Below, one piece after another: positions 10,313-19,221 of a stretch of 64,000 nt of DNA. The notes beneath the pieces are model-generated. The model searched no databases and was not told the origin of the DNA. It worked only from the letters and a program-made list of their open reading frames with translations. Source of the DNA: Candidatus Micrarchaeota archaeon. Its GTDB lineage: Archaea; B1Sed10-29; JAJSAI01. The position numbers were made by a program, and so were the translations under genes. The DNA is taken from NCBI GenBank assembly GCA_964625085.1, contig CAZVAJ010000001.1:37708-101707 (forward strand). Direction: 5' to 3'. Each line of letters starts with the position of its first letter. The stretch's first letter is position 1.

Positions 10313-10659
10313 TACTGCTGGACACAAACTTTGTAATGGTGCCAGCACAACTCAAAATAGACGTGTTTGAGGAACTCAGAAAAACCTTTCCGAACAAAGA
10401 ACTGGCAACCATACGCCCTGTAGTAAACGAACTTAAGAAAATACCCAACGGCAGAATAGGGCTTGCGCTAATAAAAGCCCAAGGAATAAGGATAATAGAA
10501 GCAACAGGATATGCTGACAATGCCCTGCTGAAAAAAGCAGAAGAACTGCACGGCATTGTCGCCACAAACGACACCAAACTGAAAATAGAATGTCTTAAAA
10601 AAAACATTCCCGTGATAATAATTAAAGGAATGAAAAGAGTTGAACTGGTGGTGGAATGA
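10306..10659 (+). CDS. PIN-domain protein (conserved aIF2-gamma neighbour)
   Basis: ILLDTNF near the N-terminus and TNDxxL later give the PIN acidic residues. A GTG start overlaps the aIF2g stop. The longer ORF from 10279 is an alternative. Confidence 0.55.
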   Translation, partial: KVILLDTNFVMVPAQLKIDVFEELRKTFPNKELATIRPVVNELKKIPNGRIGLALIKAQGIRIIEATGYADNALLKKAEELHGIVATNDTKLKIECLKKNIPVIIIKGMKRVELVVE

Positions 10660-11189
10660 ACCTTTACAAAGACATAGAAGCAGGAAAAAGACCTCCAAAG
10701 AGCATAAACGTTGTGGTAGAAATACCACAAGGAAGCAGAAACAAGTACGAATACGACCCCAGCGGGTTCTTCAGGCTTGACAGGACTCTCCACTCCCCTG
10801 TGGTGTACGACTTTGAATACGGGTTCATACCAAGAACAAAATCCAGAGACGGAGACTCCCTAGACGTTATACTGCTGATAACAAAACCTACATTCCCAGG
10901 ATGTGTAGTTGAAGCCCGGCCAATAGGTCTTCTGGAAATGCAGGACGAAAAAGGAGTAGATGAAAAAATCCTTGCAGTGCCCAAAAAAGAAGTCGAACCG
11001 AGGTACGTTGAAGTAAAAAACTACTCTGACCTGCCTAAACACGAGCTTGAAGAAATAAAATTGTTCATGGAAGACTATAAAAAACTTGAAACAGGAAAAT
11101 GGGTGAAAACAAAAGGCTGGAGAAACAGAGAAAAAGCCGAAAAGATCATAGTCGATGCGATAAAAAGATACAATAGAGAGGTGAACTGA
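10656..11189 (+). CDS. ppa: inorganic pyrophosphatase (family I)
   Basis: VVEIPxGSxNKYE and DGDxLDV metal-binding signatures. Confidence 0.85.
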   Translation: MNLYKDIEAGKRPPKSINVVVEIPQGSRNKYEYDPSGFFRLDRTLHSPVVYDFEYGFIPRTKSRDGDSLDVILLITKPTFPGCVVEARPIGLLEMQDEKGVDEKILAVPKKEVEPRYVEVKNYSDLPKHELEEIKLFMEDYKKLETGKWVKTKGWRNREKAEKIIVDAIKRYNREVN

Positions 11190-11747
11190 TTGTACAAACT
11201 TGTCACAATACAGGATGTTGTGAGGATCCCTCCCCAAATGTTCTCGGAAGATCTTGAAAAGTCCGTTGCAAAAGTCCTGAGAGAAACGTACGAAGGAAAA
11301 ATAGATCCGGACACGGGAGTGATCATAAGCACGATAAACCCGAGAGACGTGAGTGATGGAAAAATAATCCCCGGGGACAGTGCAACATATCACACAGTCG
11401 TGTTCGATGCGCTGGTGTACAAACCTGAAGTGCAAGAAGTGGTAAGAGGGATAGTGGTTGACATAGCTGAATTCGGTGCTTTCGTGAGGTCCGGGCCTTT
11501 TGATGGTCTTGTGCACGCGAGCCAGGTTACTGACGACTTCATGTCCGTAAACGAAAAAACAGGCGTGTTAACCGGAAAACAGACAAAGCGAACGCTGAAA
11601 AAAGATGACATAGTCTACGCAAGAATCACCTCAATATCCTACAAGGACAATGTCACTGAAACAAAAATAAACATGACCATGAGACAACCCGGGCTCGGGA
11701 AAACAGAATGGTGGAAAAAGAAAAAAACTAGCAAAAAGAAGGGATGA
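11190..11747 (+). CDS. rpoE: DNA-directed RNA polymerase subunit E' (Rpo7, S1 domain)
   Basis: TTG start directly after the ppa stop. DVVRIPP is followed by an S1-like OB domain. Confidence 0.8.
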   Translation: MYKLVTIQDVVRIPPQMFSEDLEKSVAKVLRETYEGKIDPDTGVIISTINPRDVSDGKIIPGDSATYHTVVFDALVYKPEVQEVVRGIVVDIAEFGAFVRSGPFDGLVHASQVTDDFMSVNEKTGVLTGKQTKRTLKKDDIVYARITSISYKDNVTETKINMTMRQPGLGKTEWWKKKKTSKKKG

Positions 11748-11944
11748 AAATGGCTGAAAAGCTAAAAGCATGCAAGACCTGCAGGCGTATTGTGGAAGGA
11801 GACGTATGCCCAGTCTGCAAGGATTCAGAACTGACCCCAAACTGGAAGGGGTTCATAATAGTCATAAACCCAGAAAAATCAAGTATTGCTAAGGCATTAG
11901 AGATAACCATGCCTGGCAAGTACGCTATAAGACTAGGCAAGTAG
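11744..11944 (+). CDS. spt4: transcription elongation factor Spt4 (RpoE'')
   Basis: 66 aa with a CxxC..CPxC zinc ribbon. Conserved rpoE-spt4 gene pair. Confidence 0.8.
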   Translation: MKMAEKLKACKTCRRIVEGDVCPVCKDSELTPNWKGFIIVINPEKSSIAKALEITMPGKYAIRLGK

Positions 11945-11953
11945 GTGATCTAA

Positions 11954-12229
11954 ATGGAACTAAAAAAGATCAAGGAAGAGGAGAATCCTCTTTTGAACAG
12001 AAAAAGAATAGTATACGAATCCTCTGGAAAAACCCCAAAAAGAGAGGACGTGCTTGAAAAGATTTCTGCGCTGACAGGAAAAGAGAAAGACGCAATAAGC
12101 ATTAAAAGCATAACACAAGCCTACGGATCAAGCACATCCGTAATAGAAGCAAACGTGTACGAAAGTGTTGAGGACAGAAAGAAGTACGAGCCTATAAAGG
12201 AGGGAAAGACTGATGAAACTAAAAAATGA
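11954..12229 (+). CDS. rps24e: 30S ribosomal protein S24e
   Basis: 91 aa; NPLLxRKE and an N-terminal S24e-like fold sequence. Confidence 0.8.
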   Translation: MELKKIKEEENPLLNRKRIVYESSGKTPKREDVLEKISALTGKEKDAISIKSITQAYGSSTSVIEANVYESVEDRKKYEPIKEGKTDETKK

Positions 12230-12365
12230 AGCGTACAAAGTAGAAGGAGCCAAGCTCGAAAGGGTTAAGACCGCATGCCCAAAGTGCGGGGAAGGCGTTT
12301 TTTTAGCAGACCATAAGGACAGGCAGCACTGCGGAAAATGCGGGTACACCAGGTGGAAGAAGTAG
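12213..12365 (+). CDS. rps27ae: 30S ribosomal protein S27ae (C4 zinc ribbon); missed by the ORF track because under 60 aa
   Basis: My own translation gives [50 protein letters not shown], 50 aa. Conserved S24e-S27ae gene pair, overlapping the S24e stop. Confidence 0.8.
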   Translation: MKLKNEAYKVEGAKLERVKTACPKCGEGVFLADHKDRQHCGKCGYTRWKK

Positions 12366-12366
12366 C

Positions 12367-12888
12367 ATGTGGTTTAGCTTTTCTGTTTATACCCTGTTAT
12401 TGCTACTCACGTACTACAGTGTCGGCTCAAAGAATTTTTTGAAAAAAGTAGGATTCAAGAAAATCCGCTTCGTGCAGGACTCTGCACACGCGTTATGCCT
12501 CGCGTTTGCCATGGTGCTCGTGAGCATAGCTATCTCTATTTCTTTTGTTTACATTGGCATGGGAGAAGATACTGCCAAAGTAACACAGACCATAATGTCA
12601 GCCCAGTTATGGCAGGTGCTCATCATCCTGATAATCGGGCCGATTATTGAAGAAATATTCTTCAGAGGATACCTGCAGAAAAAGACAAACCTGATCACGG
12701 CCTCTGCTGCATTCTCCTACTTTCACGTACTGTACGGATCAGTTTCTGAGCTTGCTGGAGCATTTATACTTGGATTAATGCTTGGAAAAGCGTTTGAAAA
12801 CACTAAGAACTTGTACATACCTGTACTATCCCACTACCTGTACAATTTCACTGTACTTGCAATAGCCCTTGCTGCACAGGCCTCATGA
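12367..12888 (+). CDS. CPBP-family intramembrane metalloprotease (CAAX protease / Abi)
   Basis: Polytopic membrane protein with the EExxFRG and FxxxH motifs of CPBP proteases. Confidence 0.65.
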   Translation: MWFSFSVYTLLLLLTYYSVGSKNFLKKVGFKKIRFVQDSAHALCLAFAMVLVSIAISISFVYIGMGEDTAKVTQTIMSAQLWQVLIILIIGPIIEEIFFRGYLQKKTNLITASAAFSYFHVLYGSVSELAGAFILGLMLGKAFENTKNLYIPVLSHYLYNFTVLAIALAAQAS

Positions 12889-13847
12889 TGATCTATCTTG
12901 GCATTGAGTCCACAGCACACACCTTCGGAATAGGGGTCGTGGACGGAGAAAGGATAATTGCCAACGAGAAGGACTCTTACAAACCAGAAAAGGGAGGAAT
13001 AGTCCCAGCAGAAGCGGCAGAGCACCACAGAAAGCATGCTCTGCCAATACTAGAGAGGGCCCTTGAAAAGGCAGGTATTACTGCTAGAGAAATCGATGTT
13101 GTAAGCTATGCTGCTGGACCAGGCCTTCCACCCTGTCTGATTGAAGGCAAAAAACTTGCAGAAAAAGTGGCGGAAAACAAGCCAGTGATAGGAGTAAACC
13201 ACTGCATTGCACACATAGAGATAGGGAAAAAAGACTCAGGATTCAAAGACCCCTTAACCTTGTACGTGTCCGGAGGAAACACTCAGGTCATAGCATTGAA
13301 TGAAGGAAGGTACAGGATATTCGGAGAAACACTGGACATAGGCATAGGCAACGCGTTGGACAAACTCGCTAGAGAGATGGGGCTCAAGATGCCGGGAGGC
13401 CCAAAGATTGAAAAACTGGCAGAAAAGAGCGAAAAGTATATACCCTTACCGTACACTGTCAAAGGAATGGACTTTGCTTTTTCAGGACTTCTCACCGCGG
13501 CCAAGAATAGCCTGAACAATTCCAGAAAGGAAGACATCGCCTTTTCTTTCCAGGAAACTGCTTTTGCAATGCTGGCTGAAGTCAGCGAACGCGCACTGGC
13601 CCATACTCAAAAAAAAGAGGTTATTCTAACAGGAGGAGTTGCGGCCAATAAAAGACTTGCTGAAATAATAAAAGGGATGGCAGAAGAGCATAACGCAGAA
13701 TTCACAGTACCCAGACAAGAATACTGCGGAGATAATGGGGCAATGATCGCATGGCTTGGCAAGATAGTGTATGAATCAAAAACAGAAGCAGCTACTGACG
13801 TAAAACCCAAGTGGAGAACAGACCAGGTTAAGGTTACTTGGGAATGA
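12885..13847 (+). CDS. kae1: tRNA N6-adenosine threonylcarbamoyltransferase Kae1 (stand-alone, not fused to Bud32)
   Basis: Kae1/TsaD signatures GIEsTAHTFGIGVV and HxxxH-type metal site. 320 aa. Confidence 0.85.
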   Translation: MMIYLGIESTAHTFGIGVVDGERIIANEKDSYKPEKGGIVPAEAAEHHRKHALPILERALEKAGITAREIDVVSYAAGPGLPPCLIEGKKLAEKVAENKPVIGVNHCIAHIEIGKKDSGFKDPLTLYVSGGNTQVIALNEGRYRIFGETLDIGIGNALDKLAREMGLKMPGGPKIEKLAEKSEKYIPLPYTVKGMDFAFSGLLTAAKNSLNNSRKEDIAFSFQETAFAMLAEVSERALAHTQKKEVILTGGVAANKRLAEIIKGMAEEHNAEFTVPRQEYCGDNGAMIAWLGKIVYESKTEAATDVKPKWRTDQVKVTWE

Positions 13848-14853
13848 TTTTTGTTGACTGTCCTCTAAATCCTTTGCCTGTTCGTTCTGTCTTGAGAAGG
13901 CCTTTTTCTTCAAGGGCTTTTATCTTCCGTTCAAAAGTCCTCTGACTTTTTTTGCCCCCTAAGGACAAGTACTTCTCGTAAACGCTTCCTGCAAGACCCC
14001 CTTCTTCTGGCACTGCTTTTAGTATGAGTTTCTCGTCCTCGTCCAATGCAGGCGTGCTCGGGCTCAGCAGTCTGGAAGCCGCGTTCTCAACATGCTTTTT
14101 CAGGACCTTAATACTAGCGTCTTTCTCTGCTTCAAGCCCTGCTTCCCTAAGCAGGATAATGCCTGTCCGGACATCCCTATCTTCATACGCTTTCTTGACC
14201 ACAAGCATGAAAGCATCTTCTGACCATGTGCCGTCATAGAACGCGTAGTCTCGTCTCAGTTTCAGAACATCCTGCATCTCCTCAAGAGAGTAAGGTTTAA
14301 ACAGTATTGTTTCGGGAATGATTCTTGACCTTATCCTCGGGTCTACCTGAACAAACCAATCAGGATCATTGGTTATCATCACAAGAACAAGGTTCTTTAC
14401 TTCCTCTGCAAGATAGTACAAGTAATCAGCATCCTGGGACTTGTCCACCTCATCAAGGGCAAGCACAAGGCCCCTGTCGCCAACAATCCTGGATATCTTG
14501 GAAAGCACCTCATCAGTGCCAAGATTGTGTGTGAACTGGTAGCCGAGCTGATGACAAGCTTCTGAAAGGATCTTAAAACTAGAGTTCTTCTTCCAACAGT
14601 TAACGAAAACAACCAGAACATCATGCTCTTCTTTAAGGTCAGCGAGCATTCTTTTCACTGTAGCAGTTTTTCCGATTCCTGCTTTTCCAGTAACAAGAGC
14701 ATGCCTCCCCCGGTAGCCTTCCAGCATTGGTTTTATGCAGGCTGCTATCGCCTCTTGCTGAGCTTCCCTGTGTGGAAGCATTTTGGGAACGAATTCAGGG
14801 TCAAGGGAGTCTATGAAAGAGAAGAGGGACTCCCCCTCCATCAGCAAACGCAT
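13834..14853 (-). CDS. orc1: Orc1/Cdc6 replication initiator, short 339-aa paralog
   Basis: AAA+ Walker A GKAGIGKT, Walker B LALDEVD and a C-terminal winged helix. 3' ends overlap kae1 by 14 nt in convergent orientation. Confidence 0.8.
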   Translation of the reverse strand: MRLLMEGESLFSFIDSLDPEFVPKMLPHREAQQEAIAACIKPMLEGYRGRHALVTGKAGIGKTATVKRMLADLKEEHDVLVVFVNCWKKNSSFKILSEACHQLGYQFTHNLGTDEVLSKISRIVGDRGLVLALDEVDKSQDADYLYYLAEEVKNLVLVMITNDPDWFVQVDPRIRSRIIPETILFKPYSLEEMQDVLKLRRDYAFYDGTWSEDAFMLVVKKAYEDRDVRTGIILLREAGLEAEKDASIKVLKKHVENAASRLLSPSTPALDEDEKLILKAVPEEGGLAGSVYEKYLSLGGKKSQRTFERKIKALEEKGLLKTERTGKGFRGQSTKIIPK

Positions 14854-14904
14854 ACAGTTTATTCCTCAAACAAAGTATTTATTAATGAACTTCCTTATGA
14901 GATC

Positions 14905-15105
14905 ATGACAAAAAAGAAAACCATAATAAAAAAACCCGGCTCTCCTGTGGTAAGCGAGCTTGCGTTGGAAGACAAGCTTCTCCTGAAGAGCACTCTAGAC
15001 ACGAACGAAGACGAAATAGAGGGCATGTTGGAAAAACTGGAAAACGACCTGACCACAAAAAAGCTGAATGAAGAATTGAAAGAAGCTAAAAAGAAACGCG
15101 GCTAG
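14905..15105 (+). CDS. hypothetical small acidic coiled-coil protein (67 aa)
   Basis: ATG-initiated internal portion of ORF 14623..15105. The upstream part of that ORF overlaps orc1 on the other strand. Codon-like composition; no recognisable domain. Confidence 0.3.
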   Translation: MTKKKTIIKKPGSPVVSELALEDKLLLKSTLDTNEDEIEGMLEKLENDLTTKKLNEELKEAKKKRG

Positions 15106-15544
15106 CTGCAGACCATAACACAAAAACAAGGAAAGCGCTTGCCATCCATAGTACAAAGTGTGCTGGAAACCAAGAAGGGCTGATCAAGGTCACGGCCACT
15201 CTGAAAAAGTTCGCTGCGAATAGCACAGGAATCCCGATAGCCATCAGGCTTATTCTTCTTTTTCTGTTAAGATAAGGGTCTGCTACTGCAAGTGCAGAAA
15301 GCAAGCTTATTGAGTCAATGCCAGTGCATGCTGGAATTATTACAGCCTCTGGAAATCCGTTAACGTAAACCACTGCACCCGAACTGCCTGCGTCCACCCC
15401 AAGCAATCCAAGTACTGATGCTGAACCTGACGCAGTAAGTTCCAGAAGCCCTGGAAGTGGAATTGAATGCAGGAGAATAAAAAGAACAACGAAAACTGAA
15501 AAAAAGACTGCTAGCATCTTACCATGGTACACTTTTAAGCCCAA
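15086..15544 (-). CDS. mini exosortase/archaeosortase-family protein (catalytic core only)
   Basis: Membrane protein with PACTGIDS (matches the exosortase/archaeosortase active-site Cys motif xACSGxxS) and ANFFRV (matches the NxxR motif). 152 aa. Confidence 0.45.
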   Translation of the reverse strand: MGLKVYHGKMLAVFFSVFVVLFILLHSIPLPGLLELTASGSASVLGLLGVDAGSSGAVVYVNGFPEAVIIPACTGIDSISLLSALAVADPYLNRKRRISLMAIGIPVLFAANFFRVAVTLISPSWFPAHFVLWMASAFLVFVLWSAASRVSF

Positions 15545-16040
15545 GTAACCACCCTATTAGATTAAGCGAAAGATGTGCTGCGATCGTCAGGAACGTGATG
15601 AACAAGATTTCTGCCAGCCCAGGCAGATAGAACGGAGACAAAAACAAAAGCGCTCCTATAACAAAATCAAGCTGGTCTGCCGGGAACCACATTTCCCCTC
15701 TTTTAAATCCTCTTCTCCTTTTCACAAAACTTTCAACAGCATCCCCTGCCAACGCACCGGTTGCCGCGAGAAATGCCAGGAATAACGGGTATCCTGAGAT
15801 AAACTGTTGTATCCCAAGCCCTGTCAAAACACCTAACAAAACGCCTACTAGAATACCTTCAAATGTTTTACCGTCTCCCAGCACTCTTTCGCCATCGCCA
15901 AGTTTTTTACCCCTGTCAAGAGGATGCCACTTCCACCTGAGAATACCTGAAAAGAATGCGGGAGAGAAGTTAGCAGAGTACGCTGGGAAGATTACCACAA
16001 GTATTATTATCAGGGGGTGTAAGCTCATAAGATCGAGCAT
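15519..16040 (-). CDS. carS: CDP-archaeol synthase (CarS, DUF46)
   Basis: 173-aa polytopic protein with the GDAVESFVKRRRGFKRG signature of CTP:DGGGP cytidylyltransferase. Confidence 0.7.
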   Translation of the reverse strand: MLDLMSLHPLIIILVVIFPAYSANFSPAFFSGILRWKWHPLDRGKKLGDGERVLGDGKTFEGILVGVLLGVLTGLGIQQFISGYPLFLAFLAATGALAGDAVESFVKRRRGFKRGEMWFPADQLDFVIGALLFLSPFYLPGLAEILFITFLTIAAHLSLNLIGWLLGLKSVPW

Positions 16041-16696
16041 AGCATCATCCCCACTACAGCTCCTGAGGTGGTTGCAACAAGGTTTGTTGAACTGTTTCCA
16101 ACAATCCCCCTGTTTTCAACAAGCGCGCCAAAAACGGAGTCTGCAAAGCATCCTGCAAGACCTGCTAACACAATAGGAACCATGCTCACCCCAAAAAACA
16201 TCCAACTCACTCCTGAAAAAACAATAGCAGCAACAGCACCCGAAATAGTTCCAAGCAGGCTTATTCCGCCATTAGTGCCTGGCGGAACCGTTTTAAGGCT
16301 GGTTATCATCACAGGCTCCTTCTTGGACAAAACACCGATTTCTGAAGAAATTGTGTCTGTCACTGCTGCTGAAAGCGCACCCAAAAACCCGTACAATCCT
16401 GCCGGGCCTCCGAGTAAAGCCATGAGGGCTGCAACTCCTCCATTGGCAATAACGTGCTTAGACTTTCTTCTTTTTTGATGTAACTTCTTCAGTGCTTTTA
16501 ACCTGTGCTTGTACTTGGTGGCTGACTCCCCTATTAAAAAGAATAGTAAGAGCATGTAAAACCATTCTATTCCCTGGCTTAGTACCAGAATGTATCCTAA
16601 CAGAACCCCTGAAACAACTCCCTCCGCGCTTAAGGAGCCTCCGGCCATGGCAAGCAGGCCTATGGCAAGAGGGAGTAGGATCGCGGACAATTCCAT
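16025..16696 (-). CDS. DUF92/TMEM19-like integral membrane protein (tentative)
   Basis: 223-aa multi-TM protein with a glycine-rich ANGGVAALMALLGG segment. Overlaps the carS start, so is probably co-transcribed. Confidence 0.4.
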   Translation of the reverse strand: MELSAILLPLAIGLLAMAGGSLSAEGVVSGVLLGYILVLSQGIEWFYMLLLFFLIGESATKYKHRLKALKKLHQKRRKSKHVIANGGVAALMALLGGPAGLYGFLGALSAAVTDTISSEIGVLSKKEPVMITSLKTVPPGTNGGISLLGTISGAVAAIVFSGVSWMFFGVSMVPIVLAGLAGCFADSVFGALVENRGIVGNSSTNLVATTSGAVVGMMLCSIL

Positions 16697-16706
16697 GATA
16701 AACTCC

Positions 16707-17333
16707 TTAAACTTCTACCTTGCTCACTATCGCCATCTTAACAGGGCAGAATACCTTTGCCTTTTTCTTCATTTCCGCGCCCAGTTCTCCGAAAGCTGCT
16801 TTCTTTACGAGGTCAGAGAGGGACACTCCCTTCGCGGTTTCCTCCAGCGTTTCTTCCATCACCTTGCGGATCACGTCTTTTCGCTCGGTGTTTATACGCC
16901 CTAGAGTAAAGAGGTGTGCAGTAACTTGGGCCTTCTTCTTGTCCTTTGTCTTGACATAGTGTATTGCAGTCACCATGCTGCGACCTCTGCGGACATTCCT
17001 TCTAAAGTGTTCTCTGACCATCTCGAACCCGTTGGTTTCTGTGTAAGCGGTGGTGCCTTTTACCTCGTTTACTTTGAAGTGCATTGTTATTGACTGGTGA
17101 GAAATGTTTCCAGTTATCTCCCTAAGAGGTACTTTTATAACACGCCCAATAACAAGCTCTGGCTTTATTGCAGGGGTGTTCCCTACTTCCTTTGACTCAA
17201 AGTCTTTTGGGGAAACAACGGTATACCATGACTTCTTTTTCCAGGTATCAGTAGTCTTTCTCTTCTTTTTCTTTGAAGTTTTCTTAACCGCTGTTTTCTT
17301 AACCTTCTTCTTGCTATCTGCCATGATCATCAC
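16707..17333 (-). CDS. rps3ae: 30S ribosomal protein S3Ae (eS1)
   Basis: Lys-rich N-terminus, WYTVVSPKDF and a GRVIKVPLRE-type sequence. Confidence 0.85.
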   Translation of the reverse strand: MMIMADSKKKVKKTAVKKTSKKKKRKTTDTWKKKSWYTVVSPKDFESKEVGNTPAIKPELVIGRVIKVPLREITGNISHQSITMHFKVNEVKGTTAYTETNGFEMVREHFRRNVRRGRSMVTAIHYVKTKDKKKAQVTAHLFTLGRINTERKDVIRKVMEETLEETAKGVSLSDLVKKAAFGELGAEMKKKAKVFCPVKMAIVSKVEV

Positions 17334-17791
17334 CTTTCCTTAACAATAAGCGCGGCCTTCTCAGGCGTGTACCTCCATCCCTCCGGAAGTACCCCTGTAC
17401 CCCGGTAGTACTTAACGAGCCTTTTTATTTTAGACTCTGTGAGGGTTAATGCGCGCGTGTTATGAATATCCTTCTTATGGACAGTGAGGTGCTTTCTAAG
17501 CCGTACTGCCCTTCTCATTAGGTTCATTAGGTCTTCAGGATACTCTGGCAGGAGCTTGTTCTCGGCAAGAACTTCTTTCACTGATTTCCCGAGAACTGCT
17601 TTTACGCTTGGAACACCGTACTGATCTCTCAGCACTATTCCTATTTCGCTCTGTGTCTTGTCCTGCCGGGCAAGATCGCATATCTTTTTTTCAACATCCT
17701 TTTTAGAGAGCTCTACCCATTTTGGGCTTATTCTAACAGGAGGGTGAACAGATCCACTGCGCCCCTTTTTCCTAGCATGCATCCTAGACAT
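17330..17791 (-). CDS. rps15: 30S ribosomal protein S15 (uS15/S13e)
   Basis: MSRMHARKKGRSGS N-terminus and a C-terminal S15 helical domain. ATGA overlap with rps3ae. Confidence 0.85.
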   Translation of the reverse strand: MSRMHARKKGRSGSVHPPVRISPKWVELSKKDVEKKICDLARQDKTQSEIGIVLRDQYGVPSVKAVLGKSVKEVLAENKLLPEYPEDLMNLMRRAVRLRKHLTVHKKDIHNTRALTLTESKIKRLVKYYRGTGVLPEGWRYTPEKAALIVKER

Positions 17792-17917
17792 ATTCTATCA
17801 CCTTGTCCTGCGTCAGGCTCTCGGGTGTTTGGGCCGAGACCTCAATGCAGGTGTTAATGCTAAAAGAGCATCAAACACTCCACTTATTTTCAAGCAGGTT
17901 GGTTTAAAAATGTTTTG

Positions 17918-18508
17918 TTACACGTACCTGGCCCTTGATTCCACATCTTTAATCTTCTCACTAACTTTTTTGTCCGCGTACCCTCTCAGAACATCCTGCC
18001 AAACTTTCTTGAAAACAGGAGGATGAGTGGAGGAGAGTGTTTTCTTAAAAACAAGAAGGTCAGTGGCCTTGTCCTCATCTTTCTGGCTCTTGAAAGCAAG
18101 TCCAAAGTCAATAAAGTAGATCTTTCTTTTCATAAGGATCATGTTAGAAGTGGTTAAGTCCCCGTGTATTATTCCCAAATCATGCAAGCGCCTTATACTT
18201 CTTCCAATATCCTCCGAAAGTTCAAGGCCCTTATTCTCGTGGAAAAGATCTCTTACCTTCTGCCCCTGAACAAACTCCATCAAAAAAGAACATGAAACGG
18301 GGTCAACTGAAAGAACATGAGGGGTGTGTACCGCCCTTCTTGCTTCCGAAAGCATTAAACATTCTCTTCGCATGCGCGAGTACCTTATTCTTGCGTCAAG
18401 TTCAGGGTGAATGAACCGTTTCGGAAACCGTCTTTTCTTCACAGCACTTATTCCAAGGTACTCTGTTCTTTCTAGTTCTGCTTCAGCGCCCTTGTATAAA
18501 ATGCTCAT
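17918..18508 (-). CDS. bud32: Bud32/PRPK atypical kinase (KEOPS subunit)
   Basis: Small RIO-like kinase. Catalytic loop IIHGDLTTSNMIL and metal-binding IDFGLA. Confidence 0.8.
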   Translation of the reverse strand: MSILYKGAEAELERTEYLGISAVKKRRFPKRFIHPELDARIRYSRMRRECLMLSEARRAVHTPHVLSVDPVSCSFLMEFVQGQKVRDLFHENKGLELSEDIGRSIRRLHDLGIIHGDLTTSNMILMKRKIYFIDFGLAFKSQKDEDKATDLLVFKKTLSSTHPPVFKKVWQDVLRGYADKKVSEKIKDVESRARYV

Positions 18509-18558
18509 AAGAGGATTCGGGCGGAGGAATTATAAAATAGTTTTGAGGAAATAATAAC

Positions 18559-19221
18559 ATGAAGTATAAAGAGTATGTTAGAATATACCGAACAGTGTCA
18601 GAAGAGAATGTTGGAAATGACCCTCTGCTGGCCAACATTCTTGAAAAGAAGGTAGTGCGTGATGTTAAAAGAAGGTATCATGTGCTCTTGAAGAACGGCC
18701 TTGCTAAGGAATGGGTGGAAGGGAGTACTGTTCGAGAACTTGCGGAGAAATACGAGTTCCCACCATTTCTACTTTCAAAAATGATCAAAAAACAGGTCGG
18801 AATAAACAAAAGGCTGCTGCGCGAAATGACCGAAGCAGAAAAACAGGACAGGTTCTATTCAAAGCGTGCAGCGGAACAGGCTGCTGAAAATGGGAAGGAA
18901 GTGGAAAAGGAGGTTGCAAGATGGCTTTCGGAAAGGGGCGCACAGTTTCTCAGAGGAGACTTCATAGAAGGGCCCCTACATCCTGACATACTTTTCCAGC
19001 CACCATTTGAGATAAACGGAAAAAAGATTAACTGGATAGAATGCAAGTACTACTTTGGCTCAAAACAGGATATGGAAAAGCACTGGAAAGGTCAACTAAA
19101 AAAGTACAAGAAGGCATTTGGCCCAGGGGCGATAGTGTACTGGCTTGGTTTTGTCGAAGACAAGGTACCGGACGATGAGCATCTCGTCCTTTCAGCGGAC
19201 CTTTTTACACAGAATAATTGA
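18559..19221 (+). CDS. conserved hypothetical protein; N-terminal HTH-like region plus C-terminal putative PD-(D/E)xK nuclease fold (CDIN1/C15orf41 'TPD'-like, tentative)
   Basis: The C-terminal block HPDILF...INWIECKYYF fits a D...ExK nuclease motif. No other recognisable domain. Divergent from bud32. Confidence 0.35.
   Translation: MKYKEYVRIYRTVSEENVGNDPLLANILEKKVVRDVKRRYHVLLKNGLAKEWVEGSTVRELAEKYEFPPFLLSKMIKKQVGINKRLLREMTEAEKQDRFYSKRAAEQAAENGKEVEKEVARWLSERGAQFLRGDFIEGPLHPDILFQPPFEINGKKINWIECKYYFGSKQDMEKHWKGQLKKYKKAFGPGAIVYWLGFVEDKVPDDEHLVLSADLFTQNN

Noticed and set aside
14623-15105. 160-aa ORF as given in the track
   Set aside because: The 5' two-thirds overlaps orc1 on the opposite strand. 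Only the ATG-initiated 67-aa tail (14905..15105) is retained as a tentative small gene.
16068-16478. 136-aa plus-strand ORF
   Set aside because: Antisense to the DUF92 membrane gene. Pro/Thr-rich shadow frame.
17792-17917. 126-nt gap between rps15 and bud32 checked for a tRNA or ncRNA
   Set aside because: No cloverleaf-compatible acceptor or T-arm sequence on either strand. Interpreted as the rps15-rps3ae promoter region.
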